64,000 nt of DNA from the NCBI GenBank assembly GCA_047495785.1, contig JBLDXI010000004.1, positions 744,001 to 808,000 of the forward strand, in the 5' to 3' direction. Both the position numbers and the translations under genes were made by a program. Within the stretch, counting starts at the first letter, position 1. Every line of letters begins with the position of its first letter. Positions 24,385 to 37,709 of the stretch are shown here, in pieces. Below the pieces are notes generated by a model. That model was not told the DNA's origin, made no database searches, and saw only the letters and a list, made by a program, of their open reading frames with translations. Source of the stretch: Lepidodermella squamata. Taxonomy: Eukaryota; Animalia; Gastrotricha.

Positions 24385-24910
24385 AATGGGTCACGTTCTA
24401 TATTTCCGCTCTATTTTCGAGTTCAAAAGACAATGCTTCAGTAAAAAAAATCACAGTGCTTATTCTTCCAGACACGAAAAGGTTGCTAGCAAAAAATAAC
24501 GCATGATTTTTCCAGATTGTCGATATAAACTCATTCAATGTTAAATGATTGGGTGATCATTTTATTGTTTTCAAGTCCCATTTATTGTTCCTGCCAAAGT
24601 AGGCCACGTTCTATTTCCGTTATCAATCGGGTTCACATGACAATTTTTATGAACCCAATTTCCCAATTCACTATTGTAGGAGGCAATTTTCCAAGCTCAT
24701 GATTACCAAAACGAATACGTGTGGATTTCGCAATCCGATAATCCCAAAAATGCCAGCATCCGATCTATAGTTCTCTAGGCTAATACATAAATCTAAACCT
24801 TTAAAAAAAAGCAATCGATAAAATTGCTTGTCCAGCGACCAGCGACTTAATTGTCAGTAAGTAGGCCACGTTCTGTTTCCGCTTTTTCTCGAGTTCACAA
24901 GACAATTTAA
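24385..24910 (+). repeat. Three diverged tandem copies of an upstream module (GGCCACGTTCT.TTTCCG...GTTCACA.GACAAT)
   Basis: Cores at ~24388, ~24598 and ~24860, directly upstream of the ATG at 25091; repeated in the duplicate at ~52335-52855. Confidence 0.6.
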
Positions 24911-25090
24911 AACGAAACTTTTGATATCACAATGCTGGTAGACAATTTTAAAGCTCGTGCTCGCACACAAAAGATGATGCGTGGTTTTTCTAATGAGGCA
25001 CGAAGAGCTCACTTTATTTCATTCAATTCAATTTTCCAAACATTTTCATATTGGGTTATTTTCTTCCATTTTTGAACTAGTTTTCATTTT

Positions 25091-25495
25091 ATGATGGCTT
25101 GCCATTATTTTGCGCTGCTATCAGTTCTGACGATAGCGCTGATGGACCAGGGAGTCATAGCTGCGCAATCGCATGTGCGATGCTACTCACAGCTGAATAA
25201 CCGATTCAAATCATGCAACGAAGCTTCACAAGGCTGCGATGCACTCAGCGAATATCAAGTGAGCTTTATTTTATAATAGTATCTGTCTTTATTAACTAAG
25301 TACAAACATAGGATGGCACTGTTTTCGCGAACGCCAGTGACTGCAATAAAGGCGTATGATTTAATTACGTGATCACTGATGATTCATTACAACAATTGTT
25401 GGCAACAGAGCGTTGTTATGTGCTACAAATACGAGGCTCTTACTCCGTCGTGCGTGCCTGGAAACATCAGATGCGACGAGGTGTTCCAAATGACG
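25091..25495 (+). pseudogene. Cys-module family gene, first three exons only
   Basis: MMACHYFALLSVLTIALMDQGVIAAQSHVRCYSQLNNRFKSC...EYQ|DGTVFANASDCNKG|SVVMCYKYEALTPSCVPGNIRCDEVFQMT with GT-AG introns. No further exons found before TE-derived sequence. Confidence 0.75.
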
Positions 25496-25723
25496 GTATG
25501 TTCTTTTGAACGATTATTCGCGAGCTTTCTCGCCACATCACCGCTCATGCAAATTTCAATACGAATACGAATGATTTCATTTTTCTTCCACGCGACTAAG
25601 GGGTCTATACCCTTTCGGGTTTTGTGGAAGGCGAAGGAAGCAAAATTTAAGAAAAATCGCCCGTTTTTCTTGGGTCGTCCTCGAGAGCCGTCGGTTTTTT
25701 TCTAATACAGTGCACCCCCGATA

Positions 25724-28700
25724 TCGATGGTTTTACGCTATAACAGACCGATCGCATACACGCTCAAAAAACTCTGCAGCATACATAAAAGTATGCAGGG
25801 CTACTAGCGCGTATTTGGAGTACTGCGCACTATAAAAAGTACTACGCGCGCGCATAATACTATGAAATATACTTGGCCCGCAATTTTGTGGAAAAAATGA
25901 ATGCACTGGACAATTGACCAACAATACTGAGCTTTTTGTGGATGTTTCCGTGAAATTTTCGGATTACCTGGTGGAGAACAGTCGAACGTATCCAGAAATT
26001 GATAAAAATGCATGTGTAACCGTGGGTTTTCTGCCGTTAGGCGACCTTATAGCGATCCGAAAGCGCAAAAACCTTGGAAAAATGCACCCACTGGCGTTTT
26101 TGGCGGCGCTTCTTCCATAAGCAGAATGGGTTCAACCACAGGTTTGTCACATTCCCTAGTAGAGCACATAAAGGCTTTGTGGGGAACCAAGAAATAGCTA
26201 GTTAATATGGTGGTTATCCACGGCTTTTCAGTCGTTTCCCTCCCGGCTTGCAAATCAGTGAGAAAGTGAAAATTTGGTGTTTTCAGTCGCCCTTATCTCG
26301 AAAAAACCCATGGTTGCACCATAGCTTTTTGTTGTCAAATTGGAGACGGCGCTGGGAGGAAGGCTTTGACAGGAAAAGCAGCAAGGATCCCCACAGCTTA
26401 TCCACGACTTTTTCGTCGTGATTAGCACTCACTTCGTCCTACCCAACATCTCGAAAATGCATGACCTTGCGTCTTTTGGAGTACTGCTGCAAGAAACGGA
26501 ATGGGTTCAACTACAGTTTTGTCAAATTCCCTAGTAGAGCACAACAAGATCTTACTAAGGAAGTAAGAAATTGCCAGTAAATGTAGTGTTTATCCACTGC
26601 TTTTCAGTCTTTTCCCTCCACTTCCGAATCAAGTCCGAATCGAAGGAAAAGTGAGCATTTAGGATCTTTCATCGCACTCATCTCGAAAAAAACCATGGCA
26701 GCACCGTAATTTTTCGTAGTCAAATGGGGGAGGCAATTGAGAAGAAGGTTTTAAAAGGGAAAAAAGCAAAAACCACCACAACTTATCCACGACTTTTTCG
26801 TAATGTTTAGCAATGGCATTTCAAGCACAAAATCGAGATTCGGAGCCGTTCTATTCTGAAACCGCACAACGCGGAGACTTTATTCCAAGTCTCACAAGTT
26901 GATAAGAGTGCCTTCTTCTAAAAGGATAACTAATATGCCGGTGATACCATGAATTGGGGTATGCATTCCGCCCTGAACCGTTGCCCTGACCGCGGCAACA
27001 AGACGCTCGAGATGCGGACCCATACCATTTAAATCCCTGGTATCTGTGGACTAGCGTAGTACAGATCGGTTTCCGATTATCCTTCTTGACTCTCATGCTC
27101 GCTTGCATCAACTTAAAGAAAATACGGTGGTAAAACCAGTAGATTTTGCTAATTACTCCTGCGGAATGCTCTTTGTGAGATGTAAGTAAGTTGGCTTCCC
27201 TTTGATTTAGTAGGAGTGGTAAAGGTACCATTTTGGCACTATGGTAGTCTTCACTTTGTATCAAGAACGCGGACAAGATTTACTAAAATGCCCACAATGG
27301 CAGTTTGATTCATTGTTGCGGCCGCGGTTGGCCCTTGGTCTTGGCCTTGATCTTGCAACAGCATGAGTGCCTACAACATGCGCCACCGCACCACCGACAA
27401 TTGGCCTCTTTGTCGAGTTGCGCTGCTGGACTGCCTAGGGATCGGGATAACTTTTCCCCGTTGGCGCTAAAACGTGATAGAGTGCCATCTAATATGGCTA
27501 AAAATCCTTGCTTTTGAGTCATTTCACTCAACGGTGCACTTTCCAAACCGCGGAAAAACCTTGATCCGTCATTTTTCAACTGCGTCAATCGCGTTCTATT
27601 GTTGGCGCCGCCCACCGTCAAATTTTTAGCTTCATGTTCAAAGAGCAAAGTAGCTTGCGTGTGCCTTTAGAATGGGAAGCATAATCTGGGGGCAGCTGGT
27701 TGTATGTAAGTTGGGTAGGTTGCTTTTGGTTAGGACCAGAGGGGAGACTCCCGTAGCCCGATACCTCCACATCCATCTCCTTGTAGTTCGATGTTGTGAA
27801 CATGTAAAGCACTGGGGCCCCGCCAAGGCAGGAGATGACGGTCACTCGTCACTTTTAAACCAAGACCAAGTCTCCCAATTTGCTGGTAGCTAGTTAGCTA
27901 ACGCGTGGAGGCTTTCCTAGACGATCGTTTTACACTCGCCGAGAGTCACTTTCAACGACAGCAGGGCGTACGCGACCCGACCCAACATTACGTTGCCCGC
28001 TACCGCCACGGGGAGACTGCCGTTGTCGCTTGAACAGTAGTAAGGTCTACCATCAAAAGACTCATTTGGGTAATTTAGTTAAGCTCGGTGGATGGAAGGT
28101 TTTAGAGAACTAAATCGTTCAGCCAAACCATGGCTGCAACTCGAAAGCGAGAAAAGTTGCCAGTGGTTATTAGTACGGCCGTGCATGCCGCTGCAGGATC
28201 CAGCCCAAGGGCCAACAGAGGCCGCTACAATGAATCAGAGGGCCATTGTAGGCCACTACAGTGATACTTTTCCGACTAATGGTTTTACCACCAAAATGTC
28301 TTGGATACGATGCAAGTTAAAACGGGTGTGGATACTATGATGGGGAACGCATCTTTACTAAGCAGCTAAACGGAAACGAGCAACTGAAATCGGACTAAAA
28401 TCGGATGACTCCTTACCTCAACCATCTTGTTACCGCGGTCTGGGACCGAATGGATAGCAAATCGTGGTAGCACCCGCATATTTGCTATTTTATAAGAAGT
28501 ATGCGCTTCCTTCAACTTGTTACAAGTGAAATAAGGGCTCTGCTGTTTAAGGTCTCGGAACAGCCCAATTTTGAAACTCGATTTTGAGCTTGAAATGTGA
28601 TTGCCCATCAGGTCGAAAAATTCGTGGATAAGTTGACGTGGTTCTTGCTGTTTTCTCTTTTAAAACCTTCTTCTCAATCTCCTCTCCTTTTTGAATACAA

Positions 28701-29645
28701 AAACTTATGGTGCAGCCATGGGTTTTTTCAAGATAAGTGCCATGAAAGATGAAAAATGCTCACTTTCTCTTCGATTCGAACTTGAATCGGATGCGGAGGG
28801 TAAAGGCTTTTAAACTGTGGATAAAAACCGCATTTACTGGCAATTTCTTACTTCCTTAGTAAGATCTTGTTGTGCTCTACTAGAGAACGCGAAATAACTG
28901 TGGTTGAAACCAATCTGTTTCTTGCAGCAATGCCCCAAAAGACGCCATGCCATGCAGTTTCGAGGTGTTGGGTCTGACGTAGTGAGTGCTAATCGGGACA
29001 AAAAAGTCTTGGATAAGTTGGGGTGGTTCTTGCTGCTTTCCCTGTCAAAACCTTCCTCCCAGTGCCTTCTCCTATTTGACTACAAAAAGCTACGGTGCAA
29101 CCATGGGTTTTTTCGAGATAAGACAGGCTAAAAACACACCATTTTCACTTTTTCCTCGTTTTGCAAGCCGGGAAGGAAAAGACTTCAAAGCCGTGGATGA
29201 CAACCATATTAACTGGCCATTTCTTACTTCGCTAATAGGCTCTCCATGTGCTCTGCTAGGGAATGTGAAAAAACTGTGGTTGAACCCATTCTGCTTATGG
29301 AAGAAGCGCCGCCAAAAACGCCAGTGGGTGCATTTTTCCAAGGTTTTTGCGCTTTCGGATCGCTATAAGGTCGCCTAACGGCAGAAAACCCACGGTTACA
29401 CATGCATTTTTATCAATTTCTGGATACGTTCGACTGTTCTCCACCAGGTAATCCGAAAATTTCACGGAAACATCCACAAAAAGCTCAGTATTGTTGGTCA
29501 ATTGTCCAGTGCATTCATTTTTTCCACAAAATTGCGGGCCAAGTATATTTCATAGTATTATGCGCGCGCGTAGTACTGTTTATAGTGCGCAGTACTCTGT
29601 ATAGAGGTTTTTTCTCGCTGGTCGCCTTTAGCGCAAAATCATCGA
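25724..29645. mobile_element. 3.92-kb foldback-like non-autonomous TIR element, copy 2 (inverted relative to copy 1)
   Basis: Reverse complement of 7393-11350. The empty site CCCCCGATATCTGCATGG at 53662-53679 shows 3924 bp added, i.e. element plus a TA (or ATAT) TSD. Confidence 0.95.
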
Positions 29646-31459
29646 TATCTGCATGGGGGCCGGGTCCAGGGTCGTGCAATTATCGAGGGAAACATTTAAC
29701 GGGGGCTGTACATGAGTCAGGGATTAAGTTTGAGCGAGTTGCTAGCCAGATGGCGCTGAGCAAACAGTAAACATGACAACGAGTCTTCATTTTTTATTTC
29801 GCCTTTCTTATTTTCAGCGGCCTGTGGAAACTCGTATTCACGAAATTTCAAATTACCGCTTAATTGGGATTAATGATATGGGCTCAATGCCAGGACTTCA
29901 CAATGGGACATTGAAGTTATCATTGCCGAATCACTTTTGCGCGTGGATAAGATTATAAAAACTTTTCAGGAATTTTAACGCAAAATTCACAAACCCTATC
30001 AATTTATTTTTCATTTATTCTTGTTAATGCAAAATTGACTAGTGATCGGAAATATTGCCTATTTATTTAGTCGTACATTAAAGCTTCTGCTCCTATTGTA
30101 GAGTTTCACAAAATAATATGAAATATTTCCGATAATGTTTACGAAGTTGGGCTGTCTCTTCCTTTTTTCTTTCATGAAATTCATCGAATTAATGGCATTG
30201 AGCGATCACAGACTTGGTAATTTTAAGTCATAAGACGTGTGGTTCCGTCAAGAGGAAACATCGATTCGATAGGAAAATTGATTGAATGAATGAATTATCA
30301 TCTTCCCGGACCTGGTCTGATTTCCATTCAAATAGCCTAATAAGATCAGAGCAGTTTGATAAATCGGGCAGAAGCTCCCGCCGACCCTCCTCGTGATGTT
30401 GCAATTTTCAAAGTCAAAATTAAAATATAAAATGCTGTGAATGAACCGGGAAAATTGCAAGGGCGTTGAGTTCTTAGTATTCAATATTGTCATTTGAGAT
30501 TAATTACATGTGTGTTAGTGGTTCCTAGCTAAGGGTTTTGAGCCCTACTAGAGACAGGTCTCAAAGTCAGACCGGAACCCGACCCGTACCCGGCCCGGCC
30601 CGATCCGGGCTAAACCCTGCCCACTCCCATAACTGTGGCTTGTTATTTTAGTTACCGTTCTGCCCGAATCATTCCACGCATTTTTCAAATGATGGCTGCC
30701 ACCTGAAATTTAGTGGTTACCCAATGGATTACAATGGGTACTGATCACGTTATCTTTCGAACTCTCGATCTCAACATCTATCGACTCTAGTTAAGTATGT
30801 TCTCTGCATCCTATCAACTGCTGCATCAAATTTTAAATTCTGAATTTTCGATAGGATTTTTTTACTTCAATTTTTACTCGGATTTGCCGATTTTGTTATA
30901 TCTGATTGGATATTGGAATTTGACATTTATTGGAGATATGAGATGGAAAGTGGCGAAATTCTGGCAAAAGGTCGCTCTTAACAGTTGCTGAGTGCTGGTT
31001 ACTTCGATCTATTCAACCTGTTACCTGTTATCGCCCTTCCTGCTGGAACTATAAGTGTGTGATGAATTATTATATTGGTTTCATTTCATTCGCTCATTTG
31101 CTCATTTGCTGCCTTAAGAATAAAGATAAAGATGTACGGCACCAGGTCACGGTCACTCGTTTTTGCTACCTGTAGAATCTTCGATCGAAGAATTCATGAA
31201 GAGCATGAGAAACATTTGAGTGAGAAATGAGAAAGGTTTATAGGCGAAGAAGCTGAGTTACTCCCTTCAAGAGTCCAAGAATCGCTGAGAACGCAAGATC
31301 GCTGCTAATGGCAATTTTATAGCCCCTGAACTGAAAATAGTAATATGGGATTCAACCGCTCCGCAGTTGTAAACAACCGCTATAAAGTGGTCTAATGATA
31401 TATAGTAATATGTGCTAGCACTGGCGGTTCCTTACGTCGCAACACGAACGATATGCTGA

Positions 31460-32210
31460 TGGTCGTACGTAAGTGTTAGACGTGCCATCCTGGTGTCCTT
31501 CGAATCAGGACCCTTGGAAACTTGTCAATATGCCAACGAAAATAGGGATTCATTTTTTCACCACCAACGCATAACCCGACAAATGGCCAATTGTGACTTG
31601 CCCCATCCAGTAAAACCGAATACAGCCATTGCGGTCATGTCGGAGCATGGAGTCAAGCATTGCACACACAGTGCATATGGGTGCATACAAACAAACAAAG
31701 AAACAAAGATTTCCACGACACGAACGGCGACAGTACGGGGGTTCCCCCGGCATTGTTCAGTGTTCGAGAAATTTCATACCTGTGTCTGATCGGTTGTATT
31801 GCATGGCGTTGATTGGCAGCCAAGAAAAGATCCATCTGCTGTGTCAAAGCATCGATAAAACGGCACAAAGTCTGCGTCCATTCTAACGACTGGTTTCGAG
31901 GAAATCAATAGGGTTCTATTGTTGAAAATCGGGGATTACACTTACTGTTTTCTCCTGTGATACATGAGAGCAGCGTGCTTCTAGCGCCTACCAGCTTCTA
32001 GTTGTTATAGAGATTATTAATCTGTTCATATTGACTATTGACTAACTAACCGTTGGTCGAGGACATGAGCCATTTTGAGGAATACACGAACGCAGGCCGT
32101 TATTGTCGCAAATCCAAGCTTCGAAACTCTGTTACACCACTTAATAATTCATATAATTAACTTCAATTCGAATCACTCACTAGGAAATCTTTGATAGTTG
32201 ACCTGCAGAG
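31460..32210 (-). pseudogene. 3' exons of a divergent Cys-module gene (duplicate of 55480-56250)
   Basis: Minus-strand exons ICDNNGLRSCIPQNGSCPRPT|gt and FYRCFDTADGSFLGCQSTPCNTTDQTQV*NFSNTEQCRG (in-frame stop). Confidence 0.55.
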
Positions 32211-32760
32211 ATTGTACTGAGACTTGAAATTGATCCCGACAAATTCAGATATCTGGAATTTTTATTTATTCAAAATTAAACTTTACAATTCATCACAAAC
32301 ACATTTTGCTTGAAGAAATGACGAAGATAATAATTTCTGAATTTTGATTTATTTATTTCCTTGAACGACGGCTTCATTCACGTTCCCATCTTCACGCAAA
32401 ATCAAAATCAATGACTTTTAATTTTTAATCACATATAGCGAAGCTTGATTACAAATTCACACGCTGTTCCTCAAATTTGGAAACAAAAATACTCCCTAGT
32501 TCGAGTGTCCAATTTCGCGAACTGATTTGATGATCGAAAGTAGAGATGCCGCGGTTAACCACACAGCCGGCCCGTCATGTTCGAACCCGGCGGTTAACCG
32601 GAAAAAACTCGATTTCTGCTATATATTCATTTGAATTACTTAATCTTCTGGCTGGTAGGATCATCATCGCGTGTTGCCATGCGATACTATGCTCAACTCG
32701 CCAAACTCACTCGGGGTTCCAGATCGGAGGGAAATCATAATTCTCTAACCATAGAGTATT

Positions 32761-32935
32761 TGTAGACCTGGGATGCACCAAGCAACGACATTCAACCATT
32801 GACCATCTATTCATCTTTTGATATCGTTGTCTTGGAGCATCGTATATAAAATGAATATAACAGAAATAAAGACCATTCGTTGAGTTGCGTATGATTGGTG
32901 GTCTCTTGACTTCAAGGCATAGACCAGGGTTAACA
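32761..32935 (+). repeat. 5' LTR (175 bp)
   Basis: TG...CA ends (TGTAGACCTGG / CCAGGGTTAACA), TATATAAA at 32843, AATAAA at 32865, immediately followed by a PBS. No second copy in the window. Confidence 0.8.
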
Positions 32936-32937
32936 TT

Positions 32938-32951
32938 TGGTGGCAGCGGTG
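32938..32951 (+). promoter_or_regulatory. Primer binding site, tRNA-Leu type
   Basis: TGGTGGCAGCGGTG 2 nt after the LTR, complementary to the ...CACCGCTGCCA-CCA 3' end typical of animal tRNA-Leu(AAG/TAG). Confidence 0.75.
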
Positions 32952-33052
32952 TCTGTGAAGAGCCCTAGCCTCGTTACCCAACCCAATCGTACACCAACGT
33001 TTCAACACAAGCGTTGCATATCGGAAGTATTATATTTTTCATTCGTGCGAAA

Positions 33053-33776
33053 ATGGCCGAGTTCCGAGGCGTTTTCACACAAGTCGGTCGCACGATTCCT
33101 TCAGAGTCGTACGACAAATATGAGGACGCTTTCGACGCGTTCATCGAGGGTGCCAGGCTCCTCGGAGCCTACGACCCGACGGTACCCGGTGCTGTAGCAA
33201 CCGCCGAAGCAGCAGCAGCAGCCGCAGCCGCAGCTCTACCCGCCGGAGCCACGCCGCCACGTCGCATGACGGAGGCGGAGGCCATTGCCTCGCTCCCGGT
33301 TTTCCTAGATGCTAAATTAAGACGCATCTGGAAAGGTATGGATCGAGCCGCGATAGCAAGCTTGCCCCAAGCGAAACGCGCGCTAGCTGATGCCGCCGGC
33401 CTTCGTCCTTCGGACGTCGAGGCTTCCCGACGGCTAAAAGAAGCAGTTCAGTCACCGGGAGAAACGGCCCGGGACTTCTACGACAGATGTCGCCGGCTTA
33501 TGGAACAAATTGGCGTTGCAGAAGCAGGTTTCGACGCGATGCTGAAGTTTGCTTTCATCAACGGTTTACGCAGCGATCTCGGCGTCGCTGCTCAACGAGG
33601 CGGAACTGAGGTAGTTTCCGCCGAAATCCTCAAGCGTGCGGTCGAGGAGGAGCGAATCGCAGGAGGCCGCCCTGCCACTGTCAATGCGATCGCCGATGTC
33701 GTACGTCAAGATCTAGACGCACAGCAGCGTCGTCTGGAACAACGAATGGACGACGTCGTCAATCAAATAAGCCGAA
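33053..33776 (+). CDS. gag: Gag, N-terminal part (interrupted by insertion)
   Basis: ATG 33053 (MAEFRGVF). Capsid MHR-like Q.PGETARDFYDR and FINGLRSDL motifs. Rejoins 48057 in frame when the insertion and one AA are removed. Confidence 0.85.
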
Positions 33777-36700
33777 CATACGGGCGCCGCCGTTCACAAA
33801 GTCGAAGGAAAAAAGATCCCATGGGTCGAGCATTGTTCCTCTATATCACCGCGTAATAGTGAGCGTAACATGCTTGAGTTTATTTTCGCCGGGCGTGAAG
33901 AAATTTTCTCTAAGTCAGAATATCAGAATTTCGGGAGATTGCGCAAAATTGTGACTGCGCATAAGTCCGCTATTCTGCTACCGCCGACAGTTTCCGCTGG
34001 TTGCGATGCGCGTCGTGAAATTTGCGCAAAATATGCGACTTTCCGTTTATAAATCTCTGATTTCGTTCACATATTGATTCTCATTATTTAATTACCCAAC
34101 TTATGATGCAATTAAATTAAATTATGTCATTAAAAACTCAATTGTTGAAAATTATTTAATATACTTTCAAAAACTTGATGTAATTAATAATATTAATCGA
34201 TATAATGAATGAAAAAATTGAATTTCATTACAAATAGAGAACTTTCAGGAATTTATTGGTTTTGTGTTTTTAAACGCTGCCATCTTTGCCGCGGACTCGA
34301 ATTGGTTCTTGCCAGCAGCATGAGTAGCAGAAAGTCGCTAGTTTTGATTTTCGTTCAATTTTTCAGATGGCCGAGGCGACAGGTGACTGTCTGAAAAAAA
34401 TTACTGAAAAAAATTGGATGGAATTTTTTGGCAGAGGATAATTCTTACGGATTGGCGATGGAATGATCCGAATGACAGCGATGAGCCAAAAATCCTATGA
34501 ATGATCCCATCCCTGCGAGATCGAAATAAATCGCCCTAACATTTGCTTTCGGCAGTAATTTCCTGCCATCAGCCGAGGGTGTTCTATGCTGATTTCTTCG
34601 CCGGAGATGGGCGATCAATTTGGTGCCTGGCTGGCGAAATTTACACGAATGTTCTCATTAATTGTTTGCGTGAATGACTTGAAATGTGAAATTTTTTCCT
34701 TACGCATTATTCAGAGCTGTTATTCTGCGCGAGACAGGCGAAAAAACGTAGAATGAATTAATATAATGAGCAATCTTTGCGGTGGAAAATTATTATCAGA
34801 AGGCTGTGAAAACAAGGCTGAAGTTGTCTTTAATTTTTCACAATGATAATAGCGCGCGCAGGGTGTTTTATTTATCGTATACCTGCGGCTTAAAAGTGTG
34901 ATATCCGAAAAAATTTGCCATTCAACGCGATCTCTCGCGTTAGTTATTAAAATTCAAAATATTTCGTAATTTTAGTACTTCACTTGAGGACTTCGGGACC
35001 TGAATAAATTAATTTTTATCAAAGTTCTCAAATTTTGGATCATTTTGGCTTTGTTTAAAACGAGTAACCTTACACGTGACCGAGTGGTCGATGCTTTCGT
35101 TAAACGTTCAGCCTTATTTTTTTAATTATGACTCATTTTGGCGGTAATTTACAAGAAGAGAATTTTCAATAAAATAAAAAAAACGAAAACGGAAATTAAA
35201 TTTTTCGAATTCGCTTATTTGCGTAATCGTAATCTGTCCGAAAAATGCGCTAAATTAGACACTGCGTTAACGAGGGACGCCAACCCCCGGCACTGGTTAA
35301 AAAACGACGAATATCTTATTTCAAAAACAAAAAATGTGACTAAAATCATCTGACATGACGATATCAATTTTTCTCGATTTTCCCCCGAGTTCGATTTCTT
35401 CCGTAGGGGCAAACCCCTTTTATGCACCCTATTTTGCCCCTTGAACCGGCAGAATTTTACGGTGAAAGATTCATGGCGATGCGAGTAGTCTCTTTTTTAC
35501 TGTAATTTTTTGAAAATATGAAAAACCAAGTCGCCAGGTTTCAGTCAATTTTGGTTGTCGGATGAAAAAACACATCGGTCGGATGTAAAAAGTTTTCCCC
35601 GCGCGCAAATTTTTGCGAGGTTGATAAATGGAGCAGAAAAAAATGGGGAAATCCCGCCCCCTGGAGGAAGAAATTTATTACTAGCCGAAAATGTATATAT
35701 CCATCTCTAATAAATTTGCCGGAGATCAAAAAAGCGCTATACTGTTGAGAGCATGGTTTCGGTGAAATTTTGTTGCTGTTTCGAGCGGGGCGAGGCTTTG
35801 AACAGGCCAAAAAAATGGAAATCATTTAAACTGATGAACTAATGATGGATGAAAAGTGGCAACATTTTCAAATACCTGATATGCAGCTGTTAGGGATGGA
35901 AGGAGAAGAAAAAACATCGAACTTTATGTATTAGCCGATATAATTCGACCGATAAAAATCGATGTTTAGGCGCGGTACTAGGTTCCTGGCAGTATTAAGT
36001 TTCCCCATATTACCAGCCCGGAAAAAAATAGATTTGGGTATGAATGGAGATCGCGCCTGGAGAACACATGAAAAATAGTGTTTTCATTGCTACGGCACAG
36101 TTACTAAATATTGGGGGAAAAGCCCGAATTTCTTAGGAAAATAAGAGGAAAATGAGTGACAATTTTTTTGAATTGAACTAGAACTTGTTGTTCGCAAAGG
36201 GCGTTCACGTTACGGAACAACTAGCACTTTAAATGCGAGTTTTTCCGCAGCGTGATAGAGTGAGTGAAGAATGTGTACAAAATACGGAAAAATACTGCCC
36301 GAAAAGAATGTAAAATGAGAGACAAAGTCTAATCGTTACGGCACCCTCGCAATAACAGGCTTTTTAGGTGACGTCATAGGCATGTGGAACGATTATTGTG
36401 ATTTGTTGTATAATCTGGACACGTAATGAGGCGATCTTGGCTTTCTTATGGGTGGTCCGAAAAAATCCGATTTGCCGGTGTGGCGAAAAATGACGAAAAA
36501 GCGAAACGAGCCCCGGTCCATTTACGTAGATTCGAAAATAATCAACTAAATTACTATCTGTTTTTCGCCTGGTTGTCATTACTGCTTTTTTATCCGAATC
36601 TTAAATAAGGATCATCCTAAATTATTCCAGTCTCGCAAAAGTTGAGGGAAAAATTACATGAATTGTCTGCCAATTTAAAAAAAAACTCGACAATAATACT

Positions 36701-37032
36701 TGCGATTCACAACAGTACAAACTGTATACGAGGTCGAAATATCAGTAATCAATTCCCCTAATAATATCAAATAAAGCCGAATAACTCGCAAGGGAATTTA
36801 AAATTTTAAAATTTTAAATTAAAAAAATCACGCCTATATACAAGATTGCATTTGCGCTGCGAAAAATTTTCAATTTCATGACGCTTTCTTTCATTAGTTG
36901 TATATTTTAATGAAACACGTGGTATCATAAAACTATGGTACATAAGTAACTGATTGTTTGTGGCCCTAGATAGCACTTGAATATCTTGAAAATCGGATTG
37001 CTGTTTCTTTATAACGCCTTTATAATAACTAA

Positions 37033-37709
37033 ATGTCAAACAAAAATTCTCGCCAAAAGAAGGAAGAATTCGCCAACACTCGTCTACCTCAGATCACATC
37101 TCAAGGCCGAATGATAGCTTTTAAGCTAGAGTATAACCGTCAGCTGACTTTTGGACAGGTAAATATATTTTCAAAGGGCTATTTTGCGATATTTATTTAT
37201 ATCAAATGGGGGGAAAAGGGGAAAGGCTATTCAATTTTGACAAGATTTTTTATTCGCTATTAAGATTGTATTCATTTTTCCTTAACATATTATTATGTCA
37301 AAAATTATAGGAATGCGATGTGTATAATTTCGATTGCGAAGACGCGCCAACTGTTCCCACGAAAGTTGTCCAGCACGAGCATGTGGCGGAGCTGACCGAG
37401 GCTCACAAGGATCGCCTGCACAAGCAGGTGCGTTGCATCCCCTGCTATGACCGGCTAAGGCTCGATCTTGGCTTCTCTGCAGAGGAGGCGGGCAAAAAAT
37501 GTCGCAAGGCGACGCAGCGGTGCGTCACTTGTCCCGGAAGGCCGGGCATTTGCCGCCAATGCTGGCCGTACATCGAAAATCACGGCGGGGTGAGTGGGCC
37601 AGCGGAACCGGGGCCAGCGGAGTCAGGAGAACCAGTCCAACCAGTGGACAAGATGGAAGAAGATCGCGGAATTTCCTTGGAGCGACTTTTTGCCTTATGC
37701 GACGATTAA
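37033..37709 (+). CDS. Two-exon 174-aa protein resembling the C-terminus (helix + Cys-rich domain) of piggyBac transposases
   Basis: Exons 37033-37158 (CAG|gtaaat) and 37311-37709 (tatag|GAA), both phase 0. Motif RCIPCY...G...A.KK.RK...RCVTCPGRPGICRQCW...H. Confidence 0.65.

Larger units (their letters stand above)
23091..32760 (+). repeat. Segmental duplication, copy A (5.75 kb plus the 3.9-kb insertion)
   Basis: Matches 51038-56803 almost base for base. Offset is 27947 before the insertion, 24023 after it, and 24043 after a 20-bp indel near 32017/56040. Only a handful of substitutions seen. Confidence 0.97.

Noticed and set aside
11351-25723. Inversion of the interval between the two oppositely oriented 3.9-kb elements
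   Set aside because: Both flanks of copy 2 match the contiguous empty site at 53668, so its neighbours have not been exchanged.
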